Shown piece after piece: positions 27,357 to 37,037 of a DNA stretch of 64,000 nucleotides (the first letter of the stretch is position 1; the number at the start of each line of letters is the position of its first letter). A model generated the notes under the pieces. The model searched no databases and was not told where the DNA came from. It saw only the letters and a program-made list of their open reading frames with translations. The DNA lies in NCBI GenBank assembly GCA_020532085.1, contig JAJBAV010000013.1:5565-69564 (forward strand). Direction: 5' to 3'. The translations under genes and the position numbers were made by a program. The stretch is from Candidatus Cloacimonadota bacterium. Lineage in GTDB: Bacteria > Cloacimonadota > Cloacimonadia > Cloacimonadales > Cloacimonadaceae.

Positions 27357-28130
27357 ATGCGCGCGATCAAAGCCCTCGGGCAGAATTTTTTGAACCAGCC
27401 GGATATAGCCAGACAGATCGTGGAACTGGCCGGGATCCTGCCGGGCGAGAAGGTTTGGGAGATCGGTCCCGGCCACGGCATCCTCACGCGGGCCTTGCTG
27501 TCGGCAGGGGCCAGGTTACGCGCGTTTGAGCTGGACCGAAGGCTGGAAGCCCCTCTGCGTGAAGAGTTCGGCGATTCCATCGAACTGCTGATGGGCGATG
27601 TGCTGCGGCTGGACTGGGAAGCGGAGCTCGCCCGCTCGGGACAACCCCTGAAGCTGGTGGCCAACATCCCCTACAATATCACCTCCCCCCTGCTCTACAA
27701 GCTGGAAAAGCATCACCTCGCCTTCACCGCGGCCACTCTGATGGTGCAGAAGGAAGTGGCGGAGCGCATCTGCGCGGAGCCAAACCGCAAGGCTTACGGG
27801 GTGATGACCCTGCGCCTGCGGAGGATCTTTGACGCCCAGATCCTGCTGGACGTTCCCCGCGAGAATTTCACGCCCGCCCCCAAGGTCGATTCCGCTGTGC
27901 TGGCCCTCAAGCCCAGAGCCGTTCCAGCCGTGATCCCCGATCTGGCCAAGTATCTCAAACTGATCGAACTGGCCTTTGCCCACCGACGCAAGACCCTGCG
28001 CAACAACCTGGCCAGCCTGCTGGACAAAGACGGCCTCAGCCGCGTTCAGCAGCAAAGCGGCATCGATCTCACCCGTCGCGGAGAAACGCTCAGTGAAGCG
28101 GAATTTATTGCTCTCAGCGCTCTGCTTTAG
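27357..28130 (+). CDS. rsmA: 16S rRNA (adenine1518/1519-N6)-dimethyltransferase RsmA/KsgA
   Basis: LGQNFL hallmark, SAM motif VWEIGPGHGILT, and NIPYNITSPL. Confidence 0.9.
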   Translation: MRAIKALGQNFLNQPDIARQIVELAGILPGEKVWEIGPGHGILTRALLSAGARLRAFELDRRLEAPLREEFGDSIELLMGDVLRLDWEAELARSGQPLKLVANIPYNITSPLLYKLEKHHLAFTAATLMVQKEVAERICAEPNRKAYGVMTLRLRRIFDAQILLDVPRENFTPAPKVDSAVLALKPRAVPAVIPDLAKYLKLIELAFAHRRKTLRNNLASLLDKDGLSRVQQQSGIDLTRRGETLSEAEFIALSALL

Positions 28131-29883
28131 TTTCTGCTTTCTAAGCGCGCAGGCCAATCTGCTGGATTTCAGCTTCTCCGGCAGCAATTCCTCGCGCAAC
28201 CTGGAAAACAATCTCCGTTACCAGCTTACACCCTTCAAAGCCTCACTGCTGCAGATCAGCGCGCAGTCCTTCAGCGAACAGCGGCTCAATTTCTCCCAAC
28301 GCAGCCGCCGCTCCCTGCTGAGCCTGGACCTGGCTTTCGACCGCGAGTTGCTGCGCCACAGCGTTGAGTCTGGCTATGAATACCTCTACGACTCCAGCGA
28401 ACTGGACGAGCAGTTTCAGCCTTACCGCAACAAGACCGGATTTTTGGGCTACACGCTTGACCTGATGCCAGCGGACAGCCTGCTCTTCGAGGCCGGCGTG
28501 CAAGGCTTCATCCGCTCTGAGGAAGACCGCTACCTGCTGGGTTCCAAACTCAACAGCCAGGGCTACCTGGTGCACGGCCGGGCCTCCGCGTCCACCGAAC
28601 TCCTCAACACCCGCACCGGCCTCAGCGCCGCCTATGAGCGCAAAACCATGGATTGGGAGTATTACCAGACCGGCTCGCTGGCCGCCTGGCTGAACCACCA
28701 GAGCCAAAATCTGCTGGTCAACAACAATTTCAGCCTCTCGCGCCGCGATGATGACATCTATGTGCTGCTTCCGGACACCTCCGCTGGCGGCAGGGGCTTT
28801 TACGACCTCGATGACAGCCAGAGGCGCAGTTCCCTGGTTTATTCCGGCAGTCTGGAATACGAGCCCTGGGAACTCCTCCGCCTCAATCTGCAGGAGAGTT
28901 TCAACAAGCGGATCACCGATCTGGCCGAAAACACGGTGCGCAACAACTCGGACCTGATGAACCAGGCTTCGCTCTCGCTGGAGCTCAAACCCGTGTACAA
29001 CCTCGGCTGGTCATCCACTTTCAGCCACGGTTACGGCCTCAAGACCTACAGCCTGACCCAGACCAGCCGCGAAAGCGAAAATCGCTTTCTTTCCACCGGC
29101 CTGAACTGGGAATACACAGGCGGCGACACCCTTTCCGCCGCTTTCTCGGTGGACCTGCAACGCAGCAGTTTCCCGGACGATCAGAACCGCTGGGACAACG
29201 ATCTTCGCCACATCCGGGTGAATCTGGCCAATGCCCATTACTGGAAAGAGCGCCTCAAGCTCAGCAACCGCCTCTATTGGAATCTCACCGACGACGTATA
29301 TCTGGACGGCCTGCTCTCCGGCAACAACAAACAAACCGCCAGTTACATCTACAATCCTTCCTGCGCCATGCTGATCGGCGACCGGCTGCTCTTCAACCAG
29401 AACTACCTGATCCGCGCGGATTACACCAGCTATATGTACGATCCCACCGACAAGGCCTTTTACCGCCAGTTGGAACTGGAGTACAAGCTCGTGTTCGACA
29501 GCTTTCCCTTCGCCGCCCGCTCCCAGGACCAGCGCTGGCTGCTGCTGCCCTACCGCAACAACGATGGCAACGCCTTTCTGGCGGACCTAAGCTTCGGGTT
29601 CGAGCGCAACGAATATGCCGATTTCAACGGCCAGATCTACGTGATCGATTTCAAAAACACCCGCTACACCGCCGCGCTGACCCTCAAACACGACATCCAG
29701 AACCTCTATTACATCATCCAGCCCCAGTATTCCTGGGGAACCTGGACCGAATACAACCTGCTGCTGGGCCTGGCCTGGAAATTCACCGAGGCCTCGCTGC
29801 TGGAATTTTCCCTCAATCCCGTGGGTGACAGCCTCGACAACCTGGATTGGCGCAGCTCGGTGAGCCTGGGAGCGCATTTCTGA
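28093..29883 (+). CDS. Putative outer-membrane beta-barrel protein
   Basis: GTG at 28093 gives the signal peptide KRNLLLSALCFSFCFLSAQA. Beta-strand-rich, Y/N/S-rich sequence ending in F. The listed ORF extends further 5' into rsmA, which is unlikely to be coding. Confidence 0.55.
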   Translation: MKRNLLLSALCFSFCFLSAQANLLDFSFSGSNSSRNLENNLRYQLTPFKASLLQISAQSFSEQRLNFSQRSRRSLLSLDLAFDRELLRHSVESGYEYLYDSSELDEQFQPYRNKTGFLGYTLDLMPADSLLFEAGVQGFIRSEEDRYLLGSKLNSQGYLVHGRASASTELLNTRTGLSAAYERKTMDWEYYQTGSLAAWLNHQSQNLLVNNNFSLSRRDDDIYVLLPDTSAGGRGFYDLDDSQRRSSLVYSGSLEYEPWELLRLNLQESFNKRITDLAENTVRNNSDLMNQASLSLELKPVYNLGWSSTFSHGYGLKTYSLTQTSRESENRFLSTGLNWEYTGGDTLSAAFSVDLQRSSFPDDQNRWDNDLRHIRVNLANAHYWKERLKLSNRLYWNLTDDVYLDGLLSGNNKQTASYIYNPSCAMLIGDRLLFNQNYLIRADYTSYMYDPTDKAFYRQLELEYKLVFDSFPFAARSQDQRWLLLPYRNNDGNAFLADLSFGFERNEYADFNGQIYVIDFKNTRYTAALTLKHDIQNLYYIIQPQYSWGTWTEYNLLLGLAWKFTEASLLEFSLNPVGDSLDNLDWRSSVSLGAHF

Positions 29884-30335
29884 TGAGTTCTGAACACACC
29901 GCCTGGATGCGGCTGGCCCTGGACGAGGCCCGCCGGGCCGTGAGCGAAGATGAGATCCCGGTGGGGGCGGTGCTGGTGAAAGACGGTGAACTGGTGGCCG
30001 CTCAGCACAACCGGACCCGCCAGCAGGCCGATCCTTTGGCCCACGCGGAAAAATTGCTCATTGACAAAATCCTCGCCTCCAAAATCAAGTACCTGCAGGA
30101 TTATACCCTGTACGTGACTTTGGAGCCCTGCCTGATGTGTGCCGGCATGATGATCTGGAGCCGGCTGGGCACTTTGGTGTTCGGCGCTTCAGACCCCAAG
30201 GCCGGGGCCGTGGGCTCAGTCTACAACGTGCTGGCGGACAAGAGTTTCAACCACCATCCCCGGATCGTCCGGGGCGTGCTGGAAGAGGATTGCGCCGCCT
30301 TGCTCAGGGATTTTTTCCAAAGCCGAAGACAATGA
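29883..30335 (+). CDS. tadA: tRNA-specific adenosine deaminase TadA
   Basis: HAEKLLI and TLEPCLMCAGMM zinc motifs. The ATG overlaps the upstream TGA (TGATG). Confidence 0.9.
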   Translation: MSSEHTAWMRLALDEARRAVSEDEIPVGAVLVKDGELVAAQHNRTRQQADPLAHAEKLLIDKILASKIKYLQDYTLYVTLEPCLMCAGMMIWSRLGTLVFGASDPKAGAVGSVYNVLADKSFNHHPRIVRGVLEEDCAALLRDFFQSRRQ

Positions 30336-30338
30336 AGT

Positions 30339-30428
30339 GGAGAGTTGCCGGAGCGGTTGAACGGGACGGTCTCGAAAACCGTTGTATCCTCACGGGTACC
30401 CAGGGTTCGAATCCCTGACTCTCCGCCA
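30339..30428 (+). tRNA. tRNA-Ser (anticodon CGA)
   Basis: GGAGAGT acceptor pairs with ACTCTCC. Anticodon stem ACGGT/ACCGT with loop CTCGAAA. Long variable arm, GGTTCGAATCC T-loop, encoded CCA. Confidence 0.9.
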
Positions 30429-30435
30429 TTTTGCC

Positions 30436-30801
30436 ATGAACCAGAAAGACATCCAGCTCTTGTGTGATGCGGGCCAGCCGCTGTGCGGCGGAGGCACCCT
30501 GCGCGAGGAGCTGTTGCTGTACAATGTTCCCCCCGCTTCCTTGGGCGCCCTGAGCGCGGAATTTGCCGCCCTCACCGGCAAGGATCTCGTTCCGGACAGC
30601 GACGTCAACATCCTCTCCGGCGGCCAGAAAGTCCTTCTGATGTGTCTTTGCGCCCTCTTCTCCCCCGCCCGCAGGATCCTGTTCACAAACCTCTGGCATT
30701 CTCTCGACGCGGATAACCGCGCCAGGACCAAAGAGCTCATCGCCAGGCTGCGCGGAGATCGCGAGATCAGCTATGTGGAGGACGGCCATGCGGCTCCCTA
30801 A
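30436..30801 (+). CDS. ABC-ATPase-like protein carrying only the signature (LSGGQ) half
   Basis: 121 aa. LSGGQKVLL followed by a degenerate Walker B-like ILFTNLWHSLD. No Walker A is visible. Confidence 0.5.
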   Translation: MNQKDIQLLCDAGQPLCGGGTLREELLLYNVPPASLGALSAEFAALTGKDLVPDSDVNILSGGQKVLLMCLCALFSPARRILFTNLWHSLDADNRARTKELIARLRGDREISYVEDGHAAP

Positions 30802-31297
30802 AGGCGATTACCCGGTTTGGGACAGCTTTGCCCTTACCCTGTCCGCTGATCTGGCTTTGGGGCCCGGGATCCACTATCTGAGCGGCGCCAATGGCAGCGG
30901 GAAGAGTTCGCTGCTCACCCGGGTGCTGCTGCCCCGCCTGCTGAAAACTCCCGCTGTTTACAGCATCTATTTCGAACAGCAGATGCACGTTCAGGTCACT
31001 GCCGTCAAGGCTTACGCCAGCGTGATCAAGCCCCACCGCAGGATCTGTGGCGAAGCGGATACCGTGGATTTCCTGCTGGAAGATCTGCTTCGGGCCTGGA
31101 AAAATGAACCGCGGCCCTGCTACGTGGTGATGGACGAATCGCTCTACGCGGAGCGGGTTTTGGATTTTCTGCAAGCCCACCTTCCCGCTTTTTCCCTCAT
31201 CTACTCCGCCCACACAGCGCTGTTTTCGGCGGATCAGACCATCCTGTTCCAGCCCCTCTCCCCCACGCGGAGCGAAGTTTATGTCCACCACCCTTAA
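30788..31297 (+). CDS. ABC-ATPase-like protein carrying Walker A/B but no signature motif
   Basis: About 169 aa. Walker A GANGSGKSSLL and Walker B YVVMDESL. No LSGGQ. Overlaps the upstream gene end. Confidence 0.5.
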   Translation: MRLPKGDYPVWDSFALTLSADLALGPGIHYLSGANGSGKSSLLTRVLLPRLLKTPAVYSIYFEQQMHVQVTAVKAYASVIKPHRRICGEADTVDFLLEDLLRAWKNEPRPCYVVMDESLYAERVLDFLQAHLPAFSLIYSAHTALFSADQTILFQPLSPTRSEVYVHHP

Positions 31298-32381
31298 ACT
31301 TGGCCTTGCCCTCACTTTGCTGCTCGCCATCCTGGTGCTGGCCCTGGGTGTCTACATGAACGTCCTGGCGGTGCAGTTGGTTTGTTTCGCCGCCCTGTCG
31401 CTGCTGTTGCTTGGGCTAAAAGGCGTGAAGCGCTGGGCTGCCGGCTACCGGATGATGCTGCCTTTTCTGTTCTCGCTCACCCTGGTTTATCTGCTGTTCG
31501 GCCTTCTCAAGGTGCGCACCCAGGAAGGAGAGCCCGGATCAGTGCTGCACTGGCTGGAGTTCGGACTCAAGCGGATCCTGCTCTTTGCCAATTCCGTGCT
31601 GGCCTTCCAGTTTTTTTTCGCATTGGTCAGTTTCGACGACCTGCTGCGCCTGCCGCTGAAGATCGGCACCCTCAAATACGTGATCCTGGGCAAGATCCTC
31701 TTCGCCAACGCCTTCAATTCTTACGATGACATCAAATTTCACCACAGCCTGATCCCTTCGGAGCAGACGGCCAAACCCGGACTGGCCCGAAGATTCCGGG
31801 TCCGCCTGACCGCCGTGCTGGCCCTGCTGCTCGCCCTCTCGCGGGAATCGAGGCTGCGGGGCGAACAGATCGACAACCGCATTGCCTGCTGCCACAGCGG
31901 GAAAAGCAACCAAACCGGACAGTGGTACCTGATCCTGGGCTTTGTGGTGCTGGTGACCGTGGCCACGATGATCATCCCTATTCCCGTGCCCGGCGGCGGT
32001 TTCTTCAATTTCGGCGACGTGATGATCGTTTTCATCGGCCTCTACGCCGGCCGCAAAGCCGGAGCCATCGCGGGCGGGATCGGCAGCGCCATCGCCGATC
32101 TGCTGCTCTTTCCGCTGTTCGCGCCCATCACCCTGGTCGTGAAAGGCCTGGAGGGCTATGTTTGCGGACTGGCCCACCGGCGTTCAGGCCTCTGGCAGAT
32201 CGTCTTTCCCCTGGCCGGAAGCGTAGTGCTCGTGCTGGGTTATTTCTTCGGAGAATGGGCGCTGCCCCAACTGGGCAAAGCCGTGGCCATCGCGGATCTG
32301 CCGGTAAACCTTGTTCAGGCCTCGGTGGGCTTCCTTGGCGGCAGGGCGCTGTTCGAAGCGGCCAAATTCCTGGATATCTGA
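31281..32381 (+). CDS. Polytopic membrane protein, probable ECF transporter T-component/S-component fusion
   Basis: 366 aa. The N-terminal half is CbiQ/EcfT-like (several TM helices, Arg-rich coupling segment LSRESRLRGEQ). The C-terminal half resembles ECF substrate-capture proteins (GGGFFNFGDVMIVFIGLYAG...VVKGLEGYV). Confidence 0.5.
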   Translation: MSTTLKLGLALTLLLAILVLALGVYMNVLAVQLVCFAALSLLLLGLKGVKRWAAGYRMMLPFLFSLTLVYLLFGLLKVRTQEGEPGSVLHWLEFGLKRILLFANSVLAFQFFFALVSFDDLLRLPLKIGTLKYVILGKILFANAFNSYDDIKFHHSLIPSEQTAKPGLARRFRVRLTAVLALLLALSRESRLRGEQIDNRIACCHSGKSNQTGQWYLILGFVVLVTVATMIIPIPVPGGGFFNFGDVMIVFIGLYAGRKAGAIAGGIGSAIADLLLFPLFAPITLVVKGLEGYVCGLAHRRSGLWQIVFPLAGSVVLVLGYFFGEWALPQLGKAVAIADLPVNLVQASVGFLGGRALFEAAKFLDI

Positions 32382-32465
32382 GCCTTTCCGTTTTAACCGA
32401 CCCTCAGGCTTCAATGACCCGATGAAACGATGCGGATGATGGCCAGGGCTGGCGCGAGGCCGCAT

Positions 32466-32712
32466 TAGCTATTCCCGCAAAGTCTGGATTCCGGGGCCCC
32501 GGCGTTAACACGCCACCCCGGAATGACAGCCCGGTTTGTACTCTTACAACCAATCCGCAGCATTGGAATGTTACGCTACGGATAGCGCTTGACCCCGGCG
32601 GGTTTCCAGTTCTTCATCTTTTTTCTGAACCCATTTTCTCTTTGTCCGCGTTTTTCCGCGACCTATTCTTTTGGCTATTCCCGCAAGGTCTGGATTCCGG
32701 GGTTCCCCTTTA
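32466..32712. repeat. MITE/REP family 1 modules (single end units)
   Basis: GCTATTCCCGCAAAGTCTGGATTCCGGGGCCCCGGCGTTAACACGCCACCCCGGAATGACAGC at 32466-32530. A second GGCTATTCCCGCAAGGTCTGGATTCCGGGG lies at about 32674-32705. Confidence 0.75.
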
Positions 32713-32936
32713 CCCACTATGTTTGAATAGAGCATTCAAGATTAGCGTTCAAACACAGCGGGTCGCGTTGACCAGCTTCAGATCACCCTGATCCCAGACG
32801 GGTGCACCGCTCACCAATCTCTCGGTAGCCCCTCCCACTTTAGGCGGGGATTTGGCGGGGGGCTGTAATTGCGCGGATTTGCAGGGGCTATGTGCGGCTC
32901 TTTGGAGGATAGACCCATCCATGCTTATCCTTAACA

Positions 32937-32965
32937 ACAAAAAAGCCACCCCAGTCTGAGGTGGC
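32937..32965 (-). terminator. Rho-independent terminator of the coiled-coil gene
   Basis: On the minus strand, GCCACC-loop-GGTGGC followed by a T run of at least 6. Confidence 0.6.
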
Positions 32966-32988
32966 GATATGTTTAAAGTCAAGCAAGC

Positions 32989-33837
32989 TTACTTGAGTTC
33001 GACCACCAGGATCTTCTGCTTCCGGAAGGATTCGGGATCTGTGACCCGGAGCACGTATTGCTCCCCAGCTTTACTGACGTCATATGAAGCCGCGACGTGG
33101 CTGGAGAGGATGGAATAACCTTTTTTGGTGACCGGGAAAGTGACTTCCTGAGTGTCCAGGAGATTAAATTCGGTGAACTTGGTAAGATCGGCGTCCTTCA
33201 CGGTGGAAACTTTGCCAATGCCCAGCAGGCCGCCCTTGCGTTCGATGATACCGCTGTCCAGAAGCTGTTTGCGGGTTCCCACTACAAAGAACAGCCGGTT
33301 GCTTTCCCGGCTTTGGCTGGCGAGTTCGGTTTCTTTATCCTTGATCTGGGAGTCGCGCAGATTGATCTCGGTTTGGGCTGTCTGGCGCTCGGTGTCGAGG
33401 GTCTGGGAAAGATTTGAGACCCTGCCTTCCAGCTCGGCCACGATCTTTTCCTTGTCTGCCACTGATCTTTTCAGTTTGTCCACGATCGCCTGAATGCTGG
33501 AGAGCTGTCCTTTGCTGGAGGCCAGCCGGGATTCCAGATCGGAGATCTTTTTCTTGTATTCGTCGATCTTGGCGCGGGCGTTGGTGATGATCTCAGCCGG
33601 GGTGGAGCCGCCGATCTCGCTCGCTGTGCCGATGCTGTCCATCAGCTCTTTGTCAAAGGTGTCCAGACTGCTCTGGATATCGCCTATGGTGGCTGTCGAA
33701 GTATCGTAAAGTTGCTGCAGTTCGTTGTTTTTCTGTTCCAGTCCTTTGGTCTTGTTGGAAGCACTGCTCCACATCACTCCAAAGACGATGGCGAGAACAG
33801 CCAGAACCGCTGCTATGATCCAAGATGTCGCTTTCAT
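32989..33837 (-). CDS. Membrane-anchored coiled-coil protein, function unknown
   Basis: 282 aa. N-terminal TM helix (WIIAAVLAVLAIVFGVMW), about 150 aa of heptad-like coiled coil, and a C-terminal beta-rich domain. Confidence 0.65.
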   Translation of the reverse strand: MKATSWIIAAVLAVLAIVFGVMWSSASNKTKGLEQKNNELQQLYDTSTATIGDIQSSLDTFDKELMDSIGTASEIGGSTPAEIITNARAKIDEYKKKISDLESRLASSKGQLSSIQAIVDKLKRSVADKEKIVAELEGRVSNLSQTLDTERQTAQTEINLRDSQIKDKETELASQSRESNRLFFVVGTRKQLLDSGIIERKGGLLGIGKVSTVKDADLTKFTEFNLLDTQEVTFPVTKKGYSILSSHVAASYDVSKAGEQYVLRVTDPESFRKQKILVVELK

Positions 33838-33919
33838 GCTTGACTCCTAATCGCTGTTTAATATGTTGACCCATAATTTTGAAAAGCGGTTTTGCTGTCA
33901 AGGACAAAGCACAGGACAT

Positions 33920-35347
33920 ATGAATTACTCGATCTTATCAGCCTGGTCCCGGGAGTTCGGCCTGCAGGGCCGCAAGGTGGAAAGCGTCAATTTGGCCAAC
34001 TCCACCCTCAGGCTCCGCTTCAGCGACAAAACGGACCTCGTGCTGCTGGCCGCCGCGGACGCCTTTGCCTTTCACAGCCTCGATTTCCAGCCCGCGGACA
34101 ACGAGGTGAAGATCTGGGACGCGCTCACCCACGCCGTTCTCACCGGAGCGGAGATCGACCCTGCCGACAGGATAATCCGCTTTCGCTTCACCCAGACCGA
34201 CATCTACCAACAGAACAAGGTGTATCTGCTCATCGCGGAATTCACCCCGCCGAAGCCGAACCTCATCCTGGCCCTGCAAAATGAAGAGCTGGTGATCGTG
34301 GACGCCCTCCGCAAATATTCCTATGCCGACAACCCCCAGCGCCAGATCCTGCCCAGGCTGCCCTACCAGCCGGCCAAAACCTCGTTCCAGCCTATCTTGC
34401 AGGAGGTATCCCCGCCTCTGAGGCTGGAATCGCTGAAAACCGGCGCCACCCTCCTCTGCCCCAGCGTGAACGACTATTTGGCCAACTTTTATCATCACGT
34501 TTTCCTGGCCCGCGAGGAAGCGCAGCGCCGCCAGACCCTCCGTTCCCGCTGGGAACGCGAACTGAAGAAGGCCAAAGACAAACTGGCCAAGCAGCAGGCC
34601 GAGGCCGCCGACGCGGACAAGGCGGAATATTGGATGATCTGTGCCGAGACCCTCAAAACCAATCTGCCCAATATTAACCGGGGCCAGACTTCTTTCACAG
34701 CCATCAACTATTACGATCCGGAGCTGGCCACGATCGAGATCCCGCTGCAGCCTCAGCTTTCCGCCCGGCAAAACCTCCAGGCCTATCTGAAAAAATACGG
34801 CAAAGCCAGGCGGGGCAAGGAACTGATCGCCGCGCACATCGCCGCCACCCAGCAGCAGATCGCACACCTGGTCAACATCCTGGCCCGCGTGGAGGCCGGG
34901 GAGGAGGTGGAAGCCCCCTCCGCCAAAAGCATCGCCACCCTGGGACGCAAGCTGGACATGGAGGACAGGCTACTCAAGCTGCGGCTTTCCGAGGATTTCG
35001 AGATCGTGATCGGACGCAAGGCCAGCGAAAACGACTTCATCACCACCCAACTCGGCCGGCCTCACGACTGGTGGTTTCACACCCGCATCTACCGCGGCTC
35101 CCACATCCTGCTGCGCTGTTTCCGGAAAACCGCTCCCGGCGATGAACTCATCAACATCTGCTGCTCCCTCGCGGCCTGGTATTCCAAGGCCCGCTTTTCC
35201 CTCAACGTGCCGGTGGATTACACTCAGGTCCGCTTTGTGCGCAAACCCCGCAAAAGCCCGCCCGGATTCGTGACCTACACGGAACACAAGACTGTATTCG
35301 CCGATCCGCGGGACCTCCGTTCCCTGCGTGAAGAACTGAAGCTGTGA
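33920..35347 (+). CDS. NFACT-family protein (RqcH/FbpA-like) with DUF814/NFACT-R domain
   Basis: Coiled-coil middle region and C-terminal GRKASENDFITTQLGRPHDWWFHTRIYRGSHILLR, typical of NFACT-R. ATG at 33920. Confidence 0.7.
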   Translation: MNYSILSAWSREFGLQGRKVESVNLANSTLRLRFSDKTDLVLLAAADAFAFHSLDFQPADNEVKIWDALTHAVLTGAEIDPADRIIRFRFTQTDIYQQNKVYLLIAEFTPPKPNLILALQNEELVIVDALRKYSYADNPQRQILPRLPYQPAKTSFQPILQEVSPPLRLESLKTGATLLCPSVNDYLANFYHHVFLAREEAQRRQTLRSRWERELKKAKDKLAKQQAEAADADKAEYWMICAETLKTNLPNINRGQTSFTAINYYDPELATIEIPLQPQLSARQNLQAYLKKYGKARRGKELIAAHIAATQQQIAHLVNILARVEAGEEVEAPSAKSIATLGRKLDMEDRLLKLRLSEDFEIVIGRKASENDFITTQLGRPHDWWFHTRIYRGSHILLRCFRKTAPGDELINICCSLAAWYSKARFSLNVPVDYTQVRFVRKPRKSPPGFVTYTEHKTVFADPRDLRSLREELKL

Positions 35348-36102
35348 GAACCCGGCTCAAAGATCAGGCCTTCCTGATCAAAAGCAGCCCCTATAGCGAC
35401 AGCAGCCTCATCCTGAGAGCCTTTGGCCGCCAGCACGGGCTGATCTCCATCCTGGCCAAGGGCATCCGCTCAAAACCGGAGGCCAGCCTTCTGAACCCGC
35501 TCTACGTCTATGAATTCAGCTTCTACGAACCGCGCGAGGCCGGGCTGTGCCTGCTGGCCGAGTTTTCGCTGGCGGAGGAGTTTGACCTCGCGGACAAGAT
35601 CGAAAGCTGGACCGCCGCCGAATGCGCTCTGGAAATGTATTCCCAGCTCATCATCCCTCCCGAGGAATGCTCTGCGTACTTCGAGCTGCTGCGCGATTTC
35701 CTCGTCTATCTGGGCACGCTGGAAAAGAACGCCGTGCTGATCTGGTGGCGCTTTCTGCTGCGGGTATTCCGGATGCTGGGCGTTCCCTACGATCCCCAGC
35801 TCTGCTCCGCCTGCCTGGATTGCTCAAATGCCCTCACAGCCTGGGAACAAGGCAGCGGTAAGTTGTTTTGCGCCGGCTGTCTGGACGCTTTGCCGGATCC
35901 CCTCCGCTATGAACCTCTCAGCGCTGTATCAGCCAGGATCCTGCGCCTGCTGCCGGTGATCGGTGAACACGTGGCCTCGCTGAGGCCGGACAGAGCCAGC
36001 GTGGCACAATTGAACAGCCTCTTCGCCCAGTATTACCAGGCCCACTTCCACAAAGCCCTCAAGCTGCGCGGGCTGGAAGTTCTGGAACAGTTCCATCCCT
36101 GA
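35344..36102 (+). CDS. recO: DNA repair protein RecO
   Basis: 252 aa. RecO N-terminal OB pattern (AFLIKSSPYSDSSLILRAFGRQHGLISILAKG) and a CxxC...CxxC zinc motif. The GTG start overlaps the upstream stop. Confidence 0.85.
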   Translation: MRTRLKDQAFLIKSSPYSDSSLILRAFGRQHGLISILAKGIRSKPEASLLNPLYVYEFSFYEPREAGLCLLAEFSLAEEFDLADKIESWTAAECALEMYSQLIIPPEECSAYFELLRDFLVYLGTLEKNAVLIWWRFLLRVFRMLGVPYDPQLCSACLDCSNALTAWEQGSGKLFCAGCLDALPDPLRYEPLSAVSARILRLLPVIGEHVASLRPDRASVAQLNSLFAQYYQAHFHKALKLRGLEVLEQFHP

Positions 36103-36242
36103 TTTTTGGCTCGTGTGAATTAATCAGCAGGCCTGCTTCTATCCGTCTGGACGCCATCCCAGTAATCCCGGACGTCGCGAAACCTTCGCTGCGAAATGGA
36201 TCTGATATCTATAAACCCACGTCATCCTAGGCTTGATCCGCC

Positions 36243-36462
36243 CTGTCATTCCGGGGAAGCAGGGGCCTCACCTGTCATTCCGGGGTGGGGGTTTTAACCC
36301 CCGGGGTCCCGGAATCCAGACTTCCCGGGTAATGCCCTCAGAAGGTGTCGATTCAGAAGGCGTCTGGATCGATCGCGCCTTGGACTGGGACCGGACCGGC
36401 TATTCCCGCCAGGTCTGGATTCCGGGGCCCCGCGTGCTTACGCACGCTTCCCCGGAATGACA
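36243..36462. repeat. MITE/REP family 1, composite full copy
   Basis: CTGTCATTCCGGGG at 36243 and again at 36272, hairpin GGGGGTTTTAACCCCC, GGAATCCAGAC, then GTCTGGATTCCGGGG...CCCCGGAATGACA at the right end. Confidence 0.8.
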
Positions 36463-36503
36463 AGTTTCTCGGTTTTGGCGTTTGCGGTGGCAAGAGATGC
36501 AAT

Positions 36504-37037
36504 TTAAAAAGGTTCGAAAGAGTTGATCTCCCAATAGTAGTGTTCCGCGGCCTGCTGGATCGCCAGCAGCTCGTCGTAGTGCTTCTTCTCCCACTGTGCC
36601 AAAAGTTCAAAAAACTTCTTCAGTTCGGGTTGCCCGGCCGCGTGGGCGGTGGCGCTGTAGTGTTCGAAAGAGTCCTTTTCCAGCAGCAGCGCCGTGGAGA
36701 TGGCGGAAAAGAGATACTGGTCCCCGCCGATGCGGCGGATCAAACTCTCCGAAAAGATCGAGGCCGCTTCCCGCACTTCGCTCAGTTCCGCGGCGGGTTG
36801 CGAGGGCAGCAGATCGCCGGAGATCTCCTGATAATATCTCAGCAGGTGGTTGAAGTGCCGGCGTTCCTCCTCCGCGCGGCTGGCAAAGAACTCCTCCACC
36901 TCCGCCCCGCCCGCGTGCGCGGCCGCGTTCTCATACAGGGTCACACTGTCCTTTTCGCCCTGCATAGCCTTCTTGATCGCTTTCAGCATGTCGTCTTTCA
37001 TGGTCTTTTCCTTATGATGTTGATTTTCTTCAGACAT
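36504..37037 (-). CDS. Ferritin-like (rubrerythrin-family) di-iron domain protein
   Basis: 177 aa. Two ExxH-type helices (EEERRHFNHL and WEKKHYDEL) in a four-helix-bundle-like duplication. An alternative start is at 37001. Confidence 0.6.
   Translation of the reverse strand: MSEENQHHKEKTMKDDMLKAIKKAMQGEKDSVTLYENAAAHAGGAEVEEFFASRAEEERRHFNHLLRYYQEISGDLLPSQPAAELSEVREAASIFSESLIRRIGGDQYLFSAISTALLLEKDSFEHYSATAHAAGQPELKKFFELLAQWEKKHYDELLAIQQAAEHYYWEINSFEPF

Noticed and set aside
27976-28092. N-terminal extension of ORF 27976-29883 overlapping rsmA
   Set aside because: It overlaps the rsmA coding end. GTG at 28093 yields a canonical signal peptide, which makes the shorter model more plausible.
30339-30428. 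tRNA-Ser as an integration site for the downstream ECF-like module
   Set aside because: There is no direct repeat of the tRNA 3' end, no integrase and no compositional shift downstream. Adjacency alone is insufficient.
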